A stretch of DNA of 64,000 bases from Lysobacterales bacterium (GTDB taxonomy: Bacteria; Pseudomonadota; Gammaproteobacteria; Xanthomonadales; SZUA-5), in NCBI GenBank assembly GCA_022844165.1, contig JALHMH010000002.1, positions 1-64,000 on the forward strand, given 5' to 3'. Of the stretch, positions 25,201 to 33,963 are shown piece by piece. The notes under the pieces were generated by a model that did no database searches, was not told the origin of the DNA, and saw nothing but the letters and a program-made list of their open reading frames with translations. Numbering within the stretch: the first letter of the stretch is position 1; every line of letters begins with the position of its first letter. Both the position numbers and the translations under genes were made by a program.

Positions 25201-25834
25201 GGTCCGGCGGGGAGCCGGGGAAGTCGAAGCGCAGCGCGTCCGACAGATCGCAGGTGACGACCACCGCCTCGTAGTCGACGATGCCACTGCCTGAGCCATA
25301 GCTGAAAGTTCGAGTTTCAGACGCGACGCGGGTGACACGGATGTACTGCGCAAACTCGTTCGCCAGTCCCTCGTTGGCGACCAGGTACAGGGTCTTGCCG
25401 ATGGCCGGCAACTCGGCGCCGACCCGCTGGAACAACTGGATGCTGCGCTGGCCGGTGATGTGGTTCTCCAGCAGATAGCCGTTCCACAGCGAGCCCTTGT
25501 TGAGGTACGCCTCGATCCGGTCGCGCGCATTGGTGCGGCGGTCGAACACCTCGTCGGTCGAAAAGATCGTGACCGCGACGCGTGGATCGCTCGGTGCTTC
25601 GGCCACGATGACGTTGCCGCCCAGATACGTGTCGGTGGTGTTGGTCTGGATGCTGGCGAACACCTTGCGCAGGTTCACGCGGCCACCGGCGCGGTCCATT
25701 TCCGAGATGTCGTTGAACAGCGAGTTGCTGGCGCCGTCGACAATGACGGTCGAGGTGGGCGCACCGCCGCCTTCGGCGACGTCGTCCATGACCTGGCTGG
25801 CAACGAGCTTCACGTCGCCGACGAGAATGGGCAT
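22229..25834 (-). CDS. Large tail protein
   Basis: 1201 aa with repeated G-T-(V/I)-N-Y-x-x-G beta motifs. Confidence 0.8.
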   Translation of the reverse strand: MPILVGDVKLVASQVMDDVAEGGGAPTSTVIVDGASNSLFNDISEMDRAGGRVNLRKVFASIQTNTTDTYLGGNVIVAEAPSDPRVAVTIFSTDEVFDRRTNARDRIEAYLNKGSLWNGYLLENHITGQRSIQLFQRVGAELPAIGKTLYLVANEGLANEFAQYIRVTRVASETRTFSYGSGSGIVDYEAVVVTCDLSDALRFDFPGSPPDRLFTMAAGKTKTRDTVVADAAKYCGVVKTTQPIAIGDVAASVTSIFTQLVPSAQTETPLLDLTAGGTSEALVESANGTVSYTTSVAFSAATILSVGNAIQPGTLSISVSGATLTDNGGQLMAGATVIGTVNYARGQVAMATSAPNYAGNKTITFRPTAAPIRVADTAGVRVDIENRAYNYVLTILPSPAPGTLQVSYRAQGKWYDLRDNSAGVLKGSSPEYGVGTVNYGSGTVAVTVGALPDVGSEIVYAWGGKANYFNRSDQTIAPPAVTLQLAQAGITPQSVTVTWNDGAARTATDDGAGRITGAATGTIHYQSGLIQLTPAALPAGGQTYSVAYTWGPPTEEEFHAPMRDGTGRVDVEVEFDGLIPGTVELEWNLLIETFDYISTTPAELQLVRPVDPIKIVRDDRNGNLKDTQGVVYGTVNYATGVLRFLPDTTVRIPVARYLVTQIGLTRIADGTLVPVYRNVFSHWEYITAGAAMPIDDSAWAKVRYRAAGTSNSVTQPFTATGLALDLTPSFAEPIVPGSVGFTLGGKTYFDRLGSLYYDLNPVNGAATLAGAINYATGAVTLTAWMPGQPTAIQLRSLLTSLDGTPVDEVTFRIPASPVRPSSLQLLATRLTGGTINVSADNHGIIAGAGISGAIDYETGVVRARFGSWVLAAGNEDEIWFDPGGVVVLDGVPKVFKPAPVFADTIKYNAVAYSYLPLDADLIGLDPVRLPQDGRVPIFRMGDFAVIGHTETVGPFTASAGQVIDCDRVRLSRVRVLDANGVVITAGYTVDLEAGLVTFTSVTGLAQPVTVEHRIEDMAQVSDVQISGRLAFTRQITHDYPTGSRISSALVSGDLRAYVSTLFDQATWNGAFTDALTGNAATATFNDVLAPITVTNAGAITERWAVQFTNTTAFQVIGEHVGVIATGTTANDLAPINPATAKPYFTLRALGWGSGWAAGNVLRFNTIGALFPVWVVRTIQQGPETVTRDAFTLLVRGDVDRP

Positions 25835-25850
25835 GAGGATCCTGTGGGTG

Positions 25851-26258
25851 TCAGAGCTGTAGGAAGCGCAGCGTCAATCGGTAGCGGTCGGCGTCGGATC
25901 GCGCCGGAAAACCCAGTACGGGCTCGGCCTCGACGCAGACTTCGGTGTGGCGAAACGCGACTTCAAAAAGGCGGCCATCGCCCAAGCGCAACTCAAATCG
26001 CCCATCGTCGGGCGTCAGGGGCAACGCCGCCCAGGCGTGCAAGCTGGCGACGGTGGCGCGTGTGACCCAGGCCATGTCGCTCGGACCGGCCAGCGTGATC
26101 GGCCGCCCCGCTTGCCGCGTCGCCGACTGCACCAGCAGCGCGCCGGTGATCAGATAGGTGGTCGACGCCACGGCCGGCGTCCACGCATGCTCATCGACCC
26201 ACAGCAGATCGTCCGGCAACGTCAGCGTTGGGCCGGAGGGCAGTTGGCGCAGTTGCAT
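25851..26258 (-). CDS. Distal-tail-like protein
   Basis: Follows the tape measure gene; LPDDLLWVDE...GRPITL. Confidence 0.7.
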   Translation of the reverse strand: MQLRQLPSGPTLTLPDDLLWVDEHAWTPAVASTTYLITGALLVQSATRQAGRPITLAGPSDMAWVTRATVASLHAWAALPLTPDDGRFELRLGDGRLFEVAFRHTEVCVEAEPVLGFPARSDADRYRLTLRFLQL

Positions 26259-26261
26259 AGA

Positions 26262-29200
26262 TCAGCTTCGGGCCTGCGCTTCGCGCAACAAGTCCAGCAA
26301 TCGCGACTCGTCGCGCGCTGGGATCGTCGTGCTCACCGTGCGCGCGCCGCTCGCCAGTTCGACGCGAATGGTCTTGCTGGGCGGCGGGGCGTCGTTCCAG
26401 TCGAGCCGCGGTGAACGGTGCGGACGCAAGCCTGAGGCCGCCACCTCGTTGAAATCCGTTGGCATGCTGCGCAATGTAGTGGCCACCCGCGCCGATGCTT
26501 CCGGACTCACCAAACCCCCGCGTGCGAAGCCCTGAACTTTGGTGGCGATCTCGCGGGCCGGAGCCTTCATGGCGTTGATCGCGGCGAAGAACCCCGCGCC
26601 CAGTCGTTTGACGGACTCACGGCTGACCACGTACTCGCCGGGTGTGAGCATCGCCGGCACGGTGTCCGACTTGGCCAAACCGCCGCGGGCGAAATACATC
26701 TGCCGCTCGGTCTCGCGTTCGATGTACTCCATCAGTTGGCGCTCGAGATCGACGCCGGCGATCTGCGCCTGCGCCATCGCCGTGCGCCAGCGTCCTTTGA
26801 TCGTGTCGACCGAGCCTGATTCCAGGCTGGTCAGCTTGCGGACTCGCAGCAGGCGCTGGAGATAGTCGCGGTCGTGGAACGCCTGGATGTCGATGGGATC
26901 AGTTTTGAGGCTCTGGTTGCCGATCGGAATGATCCGATTCGCCCGCTCCATATGCGCCCGGCCGATCCTCGCGCCCTGCAGGCCAAGTTCGATGAGTTTC
27001 AGTGCCTCGGACACATCGCGATTGACCTTCTGCGTCGCTGGCACAGGCTTCGGTTTCGGCGGTGTCGCGCCGGGCGAGCCAATGGGGCTTGCGCCAGCGG
27101 GACTCGATGACCAAGTTCCCGGCGAACTGCCCGGCACGAAGCCGCCCGTTGCAAAGCGCGCCACACCCGCGAGCTTGCGCAGCGTCGCGGCGCCGTACTT
27201 GCGCACGGCAGCCTTGCGAATAACGAATGCCCCGGCATCCAGCGCGCGCGGCACCGTGTCACCATCGCCTGACCCGGGAACCACGCCCGACTTCATGCGC
27301 GAGAACGCCAATACCGAGCCGCCCTTCGCATAGCCGCGCGCGACCGGCATCCCGGATCCAACCAGGCCGCCTGACGCATTCTGTTCGACCCGTTTCACGT
27401 AGATGGTGTGGGTTGAACTCGTATTCACGCCGTCGAGCGACTGGATCTCCCTCCGGGCCTGGTTGGCGTTGGTGCTGATCGCGTGCTGTGACTCGGTGCG
27501 AATCTGATCCAACGCGCGGATCTGGCTGTCGACCAGACGCAAGGAGGTCTGTGCTTTTTCGGTAGCCACTTTCAGGTCGATCTGACCGGTGCGATCCGCA
27601 TAGGTCTGCAGCGTTTCCAGCGCCGATTTGGCGCGACTGATGTCGGCGTTGACCAGCAGCGTCTTGCCGTCCTTCAGTTGCGCCTCGAGATCACGTAGCT
27701 GTGCATGGGCGGCCTTGAGGTCGGCGTCGATGCGCACCAGGTATTCCTTCTCGCGCAGCGCCTCTTCGAGTTGGCGCAGCGCCGCGTCGAGCTTGCTGCT
27801 GTCGACATCGATGGCGAACTTCAGACCCGTCTCCAACTGCGCTTGAATCTGCTCGATCTGCGCCTGGGTTCCGCGCAGCGCAGCCTCGATTTGGCTGCGA
27901 GCGGACGTCGCCTCGCTGGCGGCCTTCTGATGCGCGCGACCCTCGCCTTCGAGCGCCTGAATCGCCAGTTGTTCACTCTCGCGCATCGCATCGATGGCGG
28001 TCTTCACCGCTTGCTTCTGCGTGACAACGGTCGCGTCGCCATCCTTGACCGCCTTGGCGGTCTGCGCGGCCAGATCCTGGGCCTGCTTGGCGTACTGAAT
28101 CGCCTGCTCGAACTCGCCCTCGGAGATCGCGGCCCGCGCTTTGCGCTGCAGTTCGGCGACCTGGGTCAGCTTGTCCTGATAGGCCTGGTACTCGCCCATC
28201 GTCGAGCGTTGCAACTCGCGAATTCGGTCCTCGGTGGTCTGCGCCAGCGCGCGCTTCTCATCCTCGATGCGCCGAATCTCGGCCAGATGGCGGTTGGCTT
28301 CGGCATTGAGCGCGTCGACATGACGCACATAGTCGGCCGCCGCCTGGGCCAGCGCCTGCTGCTTCGCCGCCAAGATCTCGTTGTCGACGCGCAGGGTCGC
28401 AGCGCGGCGCGCTTCGTCGGTTTCCGCTTGGCCTTGCGCGGCGAATCGGCGCGCCTGTCCCTCCTGCTCGATCAAGCGGAGCGTCTCGGCGAGCGCTTGG
28501 GCGCGCAGATCGGACTGCTGCTGCACCGAATCCACCAGCAGCTGCGTGGTCTCCTTGATCAGTTTCGCTTCAGAGGCGTTCGACTGCTCCAACAGGACCT
28601 GCTTCTGCGCGAAGTGCGCCTGTGTGCTGGCCAACTGTTGCTGCAGGGTCGCGTCGATCAGGCCCGTCAGTCCCTGATAGGCCTCGGTGATGCCCGAGAT
28701 CGCCTGCGACGCCCCTTGCTGCGCCGCGGTCGCCACCTGCTCGATGGCGGTGATCTGACTCTTGAGCTTGTTGAGGGTCGCATCGATGGCTTCGATGCCG
28801 CGGCCAACCGCTTCTTGCGTTCCCTGTCGGACGGCTTCCAGCCGCCGCGCCATCTCCTCGGCGCTGGCGGCCGCCGTGGTCGCCGCTTGCTGCGCGGCCC
28901 GCCCAGCTTCAGACGCATCGACATACATCTCGCCGAAGATCGCGTTCATCTGCCGCAGCCGTTCCTCGTGGCGCTGAGTGGCCGCCGCGATGGTGTCGCT
29001 GGTGAAGATTGCGGCGAAGCGCTCCCAGGAGAACTTCAGCGTCTCCATGCCGTTCTCCAGCACCTGAACCATGGCGATGCCGGCCATGCGCACGACCTCG
29101 AACTTCTCCGACAACCAGGTGCCGATCTCCCAGCCGACCAGCGCTGCGGCCAGCACCGCGAAGGCGGTCTTCAGCAGACCTGCCGTGGCCACCGCCGCGG

Positions 29201-30242
29201 ACAGCGACAGGTTGGCGGTGGTCCACGCCGCCGATGTCGACGCTGCTGCCGTCACCGCCGCTGTGCCGGCCAGTTGCCACGCCGTGATTAGCGCCGGGAT
29301 CAAACGGTAGATCAGTACCGCCAATCCAACCTCGGCAATGAGCTTGAGCCAACCCATCACCGTCTCGAAGTTGCGCGCCAGCCAGTCCAGTGCAGTCGCC
29401 AACTTCTGCGTGATGCCGGTCGACTCATCGACCTTGGCGATCCACTGGGCAAACGCGTTCTTGAGCCGTTCGAACGCCGTGCCGACCGTCACGGGTACCT
29501 GCGCGTATTCCGCCGCGAGCTTGTCTTTCTGCGACATCAGCGCGTTGACGACAACGTCTGCTGTCAGTTGCCCCTGCTCGGCGAGCTTGCGCAAGCGACC
29601 GATCGGCACGTTCAAGCCATCGGCCAGGGCTTGGGCCAGCCGCGGCGAGTTCTCGACGACCGAGTTGAACTCTTCGCCGCGCAGCACGCCCGACGCCAGC
29701 GCCTGACCGAACTGCAGCAACGACGACTGCGCCTCCGACGCCGAGGCGCCGGAGATCCTGAGCGCTTGGCTGATCGACTCGGTCAGCGACAGCGCAGTCT
29801 TTTGCTCGCCGCCCAGTTGTCGAACAGCTTGCTGCAACTTGCCGTAGAGCGTCGACACCTCCGCCAGCGGCACGCCGATCCGCTGCGCAATGGCAAAGAG
29901 TTCGCTCTGCGCGATCACGAACTCGCGCTGGCCCGCGGTGGCGAGCTTCAAGCGCGCCACCATCAGGTTCCACTGGTCCGCGACCTGCACCAGTTGCGTG
30001 ACCTGCTGCGTCGCCCAGGACACGCCGACGAACGCCAGTAACTGCGTGCGCGCACGAGTCAGCTGATCGCCGAGCGCCGCCGTTCCCGCCTTGAGCTCCG
30101 CCATCCCCTGCGCAGCCTTCGCGCCCGCGGTCTTCGCGGTCGCCGACATCTCGTTGAACGAGCGCTCGGCCGAAGAAATCGCGCGTTTGAGACCCTCATC
30201 CGCGCCCTCCAAGGCGACGAGGAGGGAGATGCGGTTGGGCAT
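26262..30242 (-). CDS. Tape measure protein
   Basis: 1326 aa, Ala/Gln-rich; LLQFGQALASGVLRGEEFNSVVEN motif. Confidence 0.93.
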   Translation of the reverse strand: MPNRISLLVALEGADEGLKRAISSAERSFNEMSATAKTAGAKAAQGMAELKAGTAALGDQLTRARTQLLAFVGVSWATQQVTQLVQVADQWNLMVARLKLATAGQREFVIAQSELFAIAQRIGVPLAEVSTLYGKLQQAVRQLGGEQKTALSLTESISQALRISGASASEAQSSLLQFGQALASGVLRGEEFNSVVENSPRLAQALADGLNVPIGRLRKLAEQGQLTADVVVNALMSQKDKLAAEYAQVPVTVGTAFERLKNAFAQWIAKVDESTGITQKLATALDWLARNFETVMGWLKLIAEVGLAVLIYRLIPALITAWQLAGTAAVTAAASTSAAWTTANLSLSAAVATAGLLKTAFAVLAAALVGWEIGTWLSEKFEVVRMAGIAMVQVLENGMETLKFSWERFAAIFTSDTIAAATQRHEERLRQMNAIFGEMYVDASEAGRAAQQAATTAAASAEEMARRLEAVRQGTQEAVGRGIEAIDATLNKLKSQITAIEQVATAAQQGASQAISGITEAYQGLTGLIDATLQQQLASTQAHFAQKQVLLEQSNASEAKLIKETTQLLVDSVQQQSDLRAQALAETLRLIEQEGQARRFAAQGQAETDEARRAATLRVDNEILAAKQQALAQAAADYVRHVDALNAEANRHLAEIRRIEDEKRALAQTTEDRIRELQRSTMGEYQAYQDKLTQVAELQRKARAAISEGEFEQAIQYAKQAQDLAAQTAKAVKDGDATVVTQKQAVKTAIDAMRESEQLAIQALEGEGRAHQKAASEATSARSQIEAALRGTQAQIEQIQAQLETGLKFAIDVDSSKLDAALRQLEEALREKEYLVRIDADLKAAHAQLRDLEAQLKDGKTLLVNADISRAKSALETLQTYADRTGQIDLKVATEKAQTSLRLVDSQIRALDQIRTESQHAISTNANQARREIQSLDGVNTSSTHTIYVKRVEQNASGGLVGSGMPVARGYAKGGSVLAFSRMKSGVVPGSGDGDTVPRALDAGAFVIRKAAVRKYGAATLRKLAGVARFATGGFVPGSSPGTWSSSPAGASPIGSPGATPPKPKPVPATQKVNRDVSEALKLIELGLQGARIGRAHMERANRIIPIGNQSLKTDPIDIQAFHDRDYLQRLLRVRKLTSLESGSVDTIKGRWRTAMAQAQIAGVDLERQLMEYIERETERQMYFARGGLAKSDTVPAMLTPGEYVVSRESVKRLGAGFFAAINAMKAPAREIATKVQGFARGGLVSPEASARVATTLRSMPTDFNEVAASGLRPHRSPRLDWNDAPPPSKTIRVELASGARTVSTTIPARDESRLLDLLREAQARS

Positions 30243-30361
30243 AAAGGCGCTGGCCGTCTACGGTTGTTGCGATGGACGTGAGTGATGAAAGCGACCACCA
30301 CGGTGAAGGCGGCAATGACTGGCCTCGTCTTGTAACTTCGATTGCATCTTGGCTCTTGCTT

Positions 30362-30380
30362 TTGTGCAACCATTGCACAA
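30362..30380. promoter_or_regulatory. Palindromic operator upstream of the TA pair
   Basis: TTGTGCAA-CCA-TTGCACAA perfect dyad ending 10 bp before the ATG. Confidence 0.7.
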
Positions 30381-30390
30381 CACTAGAGGC

Positions 30391-30621
30391 ATGCCAACGA
30401 TCCATCGCCTTGCGAGCATGACCATCCGGGTGAACGTGCCGGACCATCGCCCGGCCCATGTCCACATCGTGCTGGCAGACCGCCGGGACGCGCTGGTGTA
30501 CCTCGACACATTGGAAGTGGTGAGTCGCACGGTGCGCGTTGCCGAGATCGCTGAGGCGCTGGCTTGGATCGCTGAGAACCGAGAGGCCGCCCGCAAGGTG
30601 TTTGAGGAGTGCAACCCATGA
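30391..30621 (+). CDS. DUF4160-family putative toxin
   Basis: MPTI...DHRPAHVHI motif. Confidence 0.8.
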   Translation: MPTIHRLASMTIRVNVPDHRPAHVHIVLADRRDALVYLDTLEVVSRTVRVAEIAEALAWIAENREAARKVFEECNP

Positions 30622-31061
30622 TTCACGACCCGCAACACACCATTGTCGAGACCCGCGTGACCGGGCCGAATGGCCTGCGGCTGCGCTTCGCTGATGGCGA
30701 GGTCTTCGAGGTTGACCTGGCCGCAGTCATTCGAACTCACCCAGCGCTCGCAGCGCTGTCCGACCCAGCCGTGTTCGCCGGTGCGCGCGTCGACGCACGC
30801 GGCGGCTACGTGGTGTGGGTGCCGGATGATCTGGAGGTCGCCGCCGACAACCTGCGCAATATCGCGGTCGAGCAGGCAGGTGGCATCGGCCACGAGCGCC
30901 TGCTCAACTGGATGGCGCAACACGGGCTGACCCAAGCGCGCGCGGCCGATGCCATCGGCATTTCGCGGCGCATGCTCAACTACTATCTGTCGGGCGCCAA
31001 ACCGATCCCGAAGACGGTATGGCTGGCGTGCCTCGGTTGGGCTTCCAGCGCGGCGGCGTAG
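30618..31061 (+). CDS. DUF2442 plus HTH putative antitoxin
   Basis: LRLRFADG...VVWVPDDLEVAADNL, C-terminal HTH; ATGA overlap. Confidence 0.8.
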   Translation: MIHDPQHTIVETRVTGPNGLRLRFADGEVFEVDLAAVIRTHPALAALSDPAVFAGARVDARGGYVVWVPDDLEVAADNLRNIAVEQAGGIGHERLLNWMAQHGLTQARAADAIGISRRMLNYYLSGAKPIPKTVWLACLGWASSAAA

Positions 31062-31100
31062 TGTTTCGCTCGAGCGCGTAGGCGTCCGAGATCGGACGAC

Positions 31101-31745
31101 TCACCCAAGCCGGCCGAGTTCACCCTCAATCGCCGCCGACATCGCCGGCACCTGCCTCGCAATCACGGCATACACATCCAGCCGCTTCTTGATCGTCACC
31201 CGCGGCACCAGCACGGCGATTGGAACGTCGGCGCCGCGCTTGAGTCGCCCGCCGCCGGTCGCGCGTCGATGACGGCGTTTGTATGGTGCGAGCGTGCGGT
31301 CGTACTCGCGCTGGTTCTCGGCCATCAGCACCAGGTTTCCGCGGGCATTGCGGATGAAGTAGGCGTTGCCACCGCGCATCAACGCTGTGACGTGCGCTTT
31401 GAAGGCTTTGCGGCCGACGCGCGCGTAGAGCGGGATCAGCAGCTTGCCCTGGATGGTGCCACCGGACTCGTGGATGCCGATCCACGGAATGCGCGCGCCG
31501 AAATGCAGCGCTGGCAAGCGGCGAGTGTCCCGATCAATGACCTTGGCCGTAAAGCTGCGCGGGAAGGAGCGACGCACGACCTTGAGCTTGTTCGCGACGT
31601 GGCTTTGCACTTCGGCTTTGATCGCCGGAGCCTCGGCACGCATGGCGGTACCGACCGCCTTGCGCACCTTCTCGCGCAACTCGCCGCCCCACTTCCGCAA
31701 CTTGGCGCTGGCCGCGGCGCTGTCGAGCTTGATCTTGATGCGCAT
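31101..31745 (-). CDS. Basic neck/tail-completion-like protein (DUF6441-like)
   Basis: 214-aa basic ORF between tail chaperone and tape measure genes. Confidence 0.65.
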   Translation of the reverse strand: MRIKIKLDSAAASAKLRKWGGELREKVRKAVGTAMRAEAPAIKAEVQSHVANKLKVVRRSFPRSFTAKVIDRDTRRLPALHFGARIPWIGIHESGGTIQGKLLIPLYARVGRKAFKAHVTALMRGGNAYFIRNARGNLVLMAENQREYDRTLAPYKRRHRRATGGGRLKRGADVPIAVLVPRVTIKKRLDVYAVIARQVPAMSAAIEGELGRLG

Positions 31746-31748
31746 GGG

Positions 31749-32051
31749 TCAGCCCAGGTCGGCCTGCTTGCGTAGCGTGTCCTCAAGCCGTTCGATGGCC
31801 TTTGACTCGCCACGGGTACCGAGGAGAACGAGATTCAGCAGGCGCAACTCGCGCGTGGCTTCTGCCCGATCGATGGCCCGCAAAAACCCGCGCAGCTGGC
31901 CGAGCGTCATCTCCAGGATCTCGTCGAACCCATGCCCGCCCGCGATCAGGCGCTGGGCGGCGTCGAACCAGCAGTCCCGCTGGCCGCCGCGAGGGTCCTG
32001 GCGCTGTCGAACAGTGTCTCGATCCGCGGGATCACTCGACGGGCGAAAAAA
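31749..32051 (-). CDS. Tail assembly chaperone -1 frameshift extension (gpT-like)
   Basis: The -1 frame is open from T TTT TTC (32051-32045) to TGA at 31749. Confidence 0.7.
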   Translation of the reverse strand, partial: FFRPSSDPADRDTVRQRQDPRGGQRDCWFDAAQRLIAGGHGFDEILEMTLGQLRGFLRAIDRAEATRELRLLNLVLLGTRGESKAIERLEDTLRKQADLG

Positions 32052-32359
32052 TCCGCGTTGACCTCGACCACCTTTGCGGCCAGCAGCAGGGCGTCATCGG
32101 GCGCCAGTCCGTCGACCCAGGCACGCGTCTTGCCGCTGCCGATGGCGACCGCATCAAGCAGCGCATCACCGTGTTCGGCGAGCAGTTGCAGCCAGTCGAT
32201 CGGATCTCGCTGCAGGTGAACGGCGAGGCCACCCACTGCCCGCAGCATTGCCGGCAGCTGGCCGACCTTGAGCGGATAGAGGATGACCGTGTCGCTGGCC
32301 ACCGACACCTTGGTGCCCTGCGGGATCAGTCGTTCAAGTTCATCGGTTGGCATGCTCAT
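31946..32359 (-). CDS. Tail assembly chaperone (gpG-like)
   Basis: Directly after the major tail gene; contains a slippery heptamer at NADFF. Confidence 0.75.
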   Translation of the reverse strand: MSMPTDELERLIPQGTKVSVASDTVILYPLKVGQLPAMLRAVGGLAVHLQRDPIDWLQLLAEHGDALLDAVAIGSGKTRAWVDGLAPDDALLLAAKVVEVNADFFARRVIPRIETLFDSARTLAAASGTAGSTPPSA

Positions 32360-32367
32360 GGCTGGCC

Positions 32368-33138
32368 TCACAACTGCACAATGCGACCGAACTGCCCCAG
32401 CACCGCATCGAGCGGTTTGGTGTTGTCCGCCAACAGCGAGCCTTCGAGTTCGAACTTGTTGTACTCGTCCGAGATCAGGTTCAGTTCCTTCAGCGGATCG
32501 AAGGCCACCCGATAGAGTTCAACGAGCACCTTGGCATTGCCCTGCGCGGTGTTGAGGCCTTCCAGGCGCAGGAAACGCTCGGGCAGCGGCTGCGTGAAGA
32601 TGCCGATCTCGGTGGTCACGCCGAACCCGTAGCTGGCCTTCAGCGGCGCCGTGAACGGTGTGGGCGTCGCGGCGCCGTCATCCAGTCGCAGCAGTTGGAC
32701 CGCGCCGAAGTCGAGGTCGGCGGTGTAGTCAGTGCCGAGCACCAGCGTCTTCGCCGGCGTCGCGCTGTCTTTCAGCACCAGGGTCGACACCTTGGGATGG
32801 GCCAGCAGATAGCGGTGGCCGACGGCCAGCGGAGCGCCGATCGGCTCGACCTGCACGGTGCCGCTCTGCGTGTCGATGTGGTTGCCGTAGAGCGCCAGGG
32901 ACAGGTTCTCCTTGGTGAACTCTTCGATGGTCAGCATGATCGTCGCCGACTTCTGCTTGACCATGCGGTGATCGAGCGTGCGCTGGCCGGTCTGCGATTC
33001 GAAGTGTTCGAGCACATCGGTCTTCAGCGACAGCTTGAGTTCGGCGACGTTGCCAGGCGAGCGCACTTCGATCGGGTTGCCGGCCGCGTCGCGCCGGCCA
33101 AGGTAGACGCGGCCCTGGAATGAGGCATAAGTGGACAT
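32368..33138 (-). CDS. Major tail tube protein
   Basis: YASFQGRVYLG...GNVAELKLSL; position. Confidence 0.8.
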   Translation of the reverse strand: MSTYASFQGRVYLGRRDAAGNPIEVRSPGNVAELKLSLKTDVLEHFESQTGQRTLDHRMVKQKSATIMLTIEEFTKENLSLALYGNHIDTQSGTVQVEPIGAPLAVGHRYLLAHPKVSTLVLKDSATPAKTLVLGTDYTADLDFGAVQLLRLDDGAATPTPFTAPLKASYGFGVTTEIGIFTQPLPERFLRLEGLNTAQGNAKVLVELYRVAFDPLKELNLISDEYNKFELEGSLLADNTKPLDAVLGQFGRIVQL

Positions 33139-33195
33139 GAGGACTCCTGCCATCGGCGCGAAGCCGATGGATCGTTGGGGTTTCAGGTAGGTGGC

Positions 33196-33636
33196 TCAGC
33201 CGAGCTGCGAGAGATCGGCGGCGAGCGTTCGGTAGGTGATGCGGTAGCGCTGCGGGATGGCCGCCGCGGTGGCGTCGGCGTCTTCAATATCGAACTCGGC
33301 GTCGAGCTCGCGAACTCCGAGCGCCAGGCCGGCCAGGTTCACATCCAGCATCACCGCCGCATGCGCAGCGGTGAGTAGCCCGTCGGCCTCCGTCTCGGCG
33401 ACCAGCGGCGGAATCGCCCTGGCCAGCGCGGTGATGCGGACCGTGAGTTCGCGCGTCACCCGATCGTTGGCACGCTCGGTGATCTGATCGGCTTCCGGAA
33501 ACAGCACCAGGGCCGGACAGTGCTCGCGCTCGATGGCCACCGTGGGTGATCGATGGAGGCTGGCGTTATGCGCGGCGGCCACCACCCCGAGCACGCCCGC
33601 CAGGCGCTGAAGGATCTGCTCGCGGATCGAGTTCAT
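33196..33636 (-). CDS. Tail terminator-like protein
   Basis: MNSIREQIL...YRITYRT; position. Confidence 0.65.
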   Translation of the reverse strand: MNSIREQILQRLAGVLGVVAAAHNASLHRSPTVAIEREHCPALVLFPEADQITERANDRVTRELTVRITALARAIPPLVAETEADGLLTAAHAAVMLDVNLAGLALGVRELDAEFDIEDADATAAAIPQRYRITYRTLAADLSQLG

Positions 33637-33639
33637 GGA

Positions 33640-33963
33640 TCACAGGCGCGTCAGCTTGGTGCGCAGTTCGGCACCGTCGCCAACGGCTCGGATCTCGCGC
33701 ACCTGGTAGCGCTGGCCTTCCAGTTCCACGGTCTCGCCGGCTTTGAGGCCGAGGAAGATTGTGCACGGGTAGCTGATGGTGGTTTCCTTGCTGCGACTCA
33801 AATTCTCGAGAATCGAGTCATCGGGTGCGCGCAGGCCGACGTGATGCACCAACGGCATATCGGGCGGGTTGCGCAGCCAGGCGCACCGCTTCAGCAGGCC
33901 CGCGTTAGCGGCGGACGCGTAGACGCGACCAACCAGATCCATCGGTGGCGTGAGCTCGTTCAT
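33640..33963 (-). CDS. Head-tail joining protein
   Basis: ATGA overlap with the capsid stop; LKAGETVELEGQRYQVREI. Confidence 0.7.
   Translation of the reverse strand: MNELTPPMDLVGRVYASAANAGLLKRCAWLRNPPDMPLVHHVGLRAPDDSILENLSRSKETTISYPCTIFLGLKAGETVELEGQRYQVREIRAVGDGAELRTKLTRL

Noticed and set aside
17680-25834. Diversity-generating retroelement or invertible tail-fibre locus
   Set aside because: No RT, TR/VR pair or invertase noticed by eye
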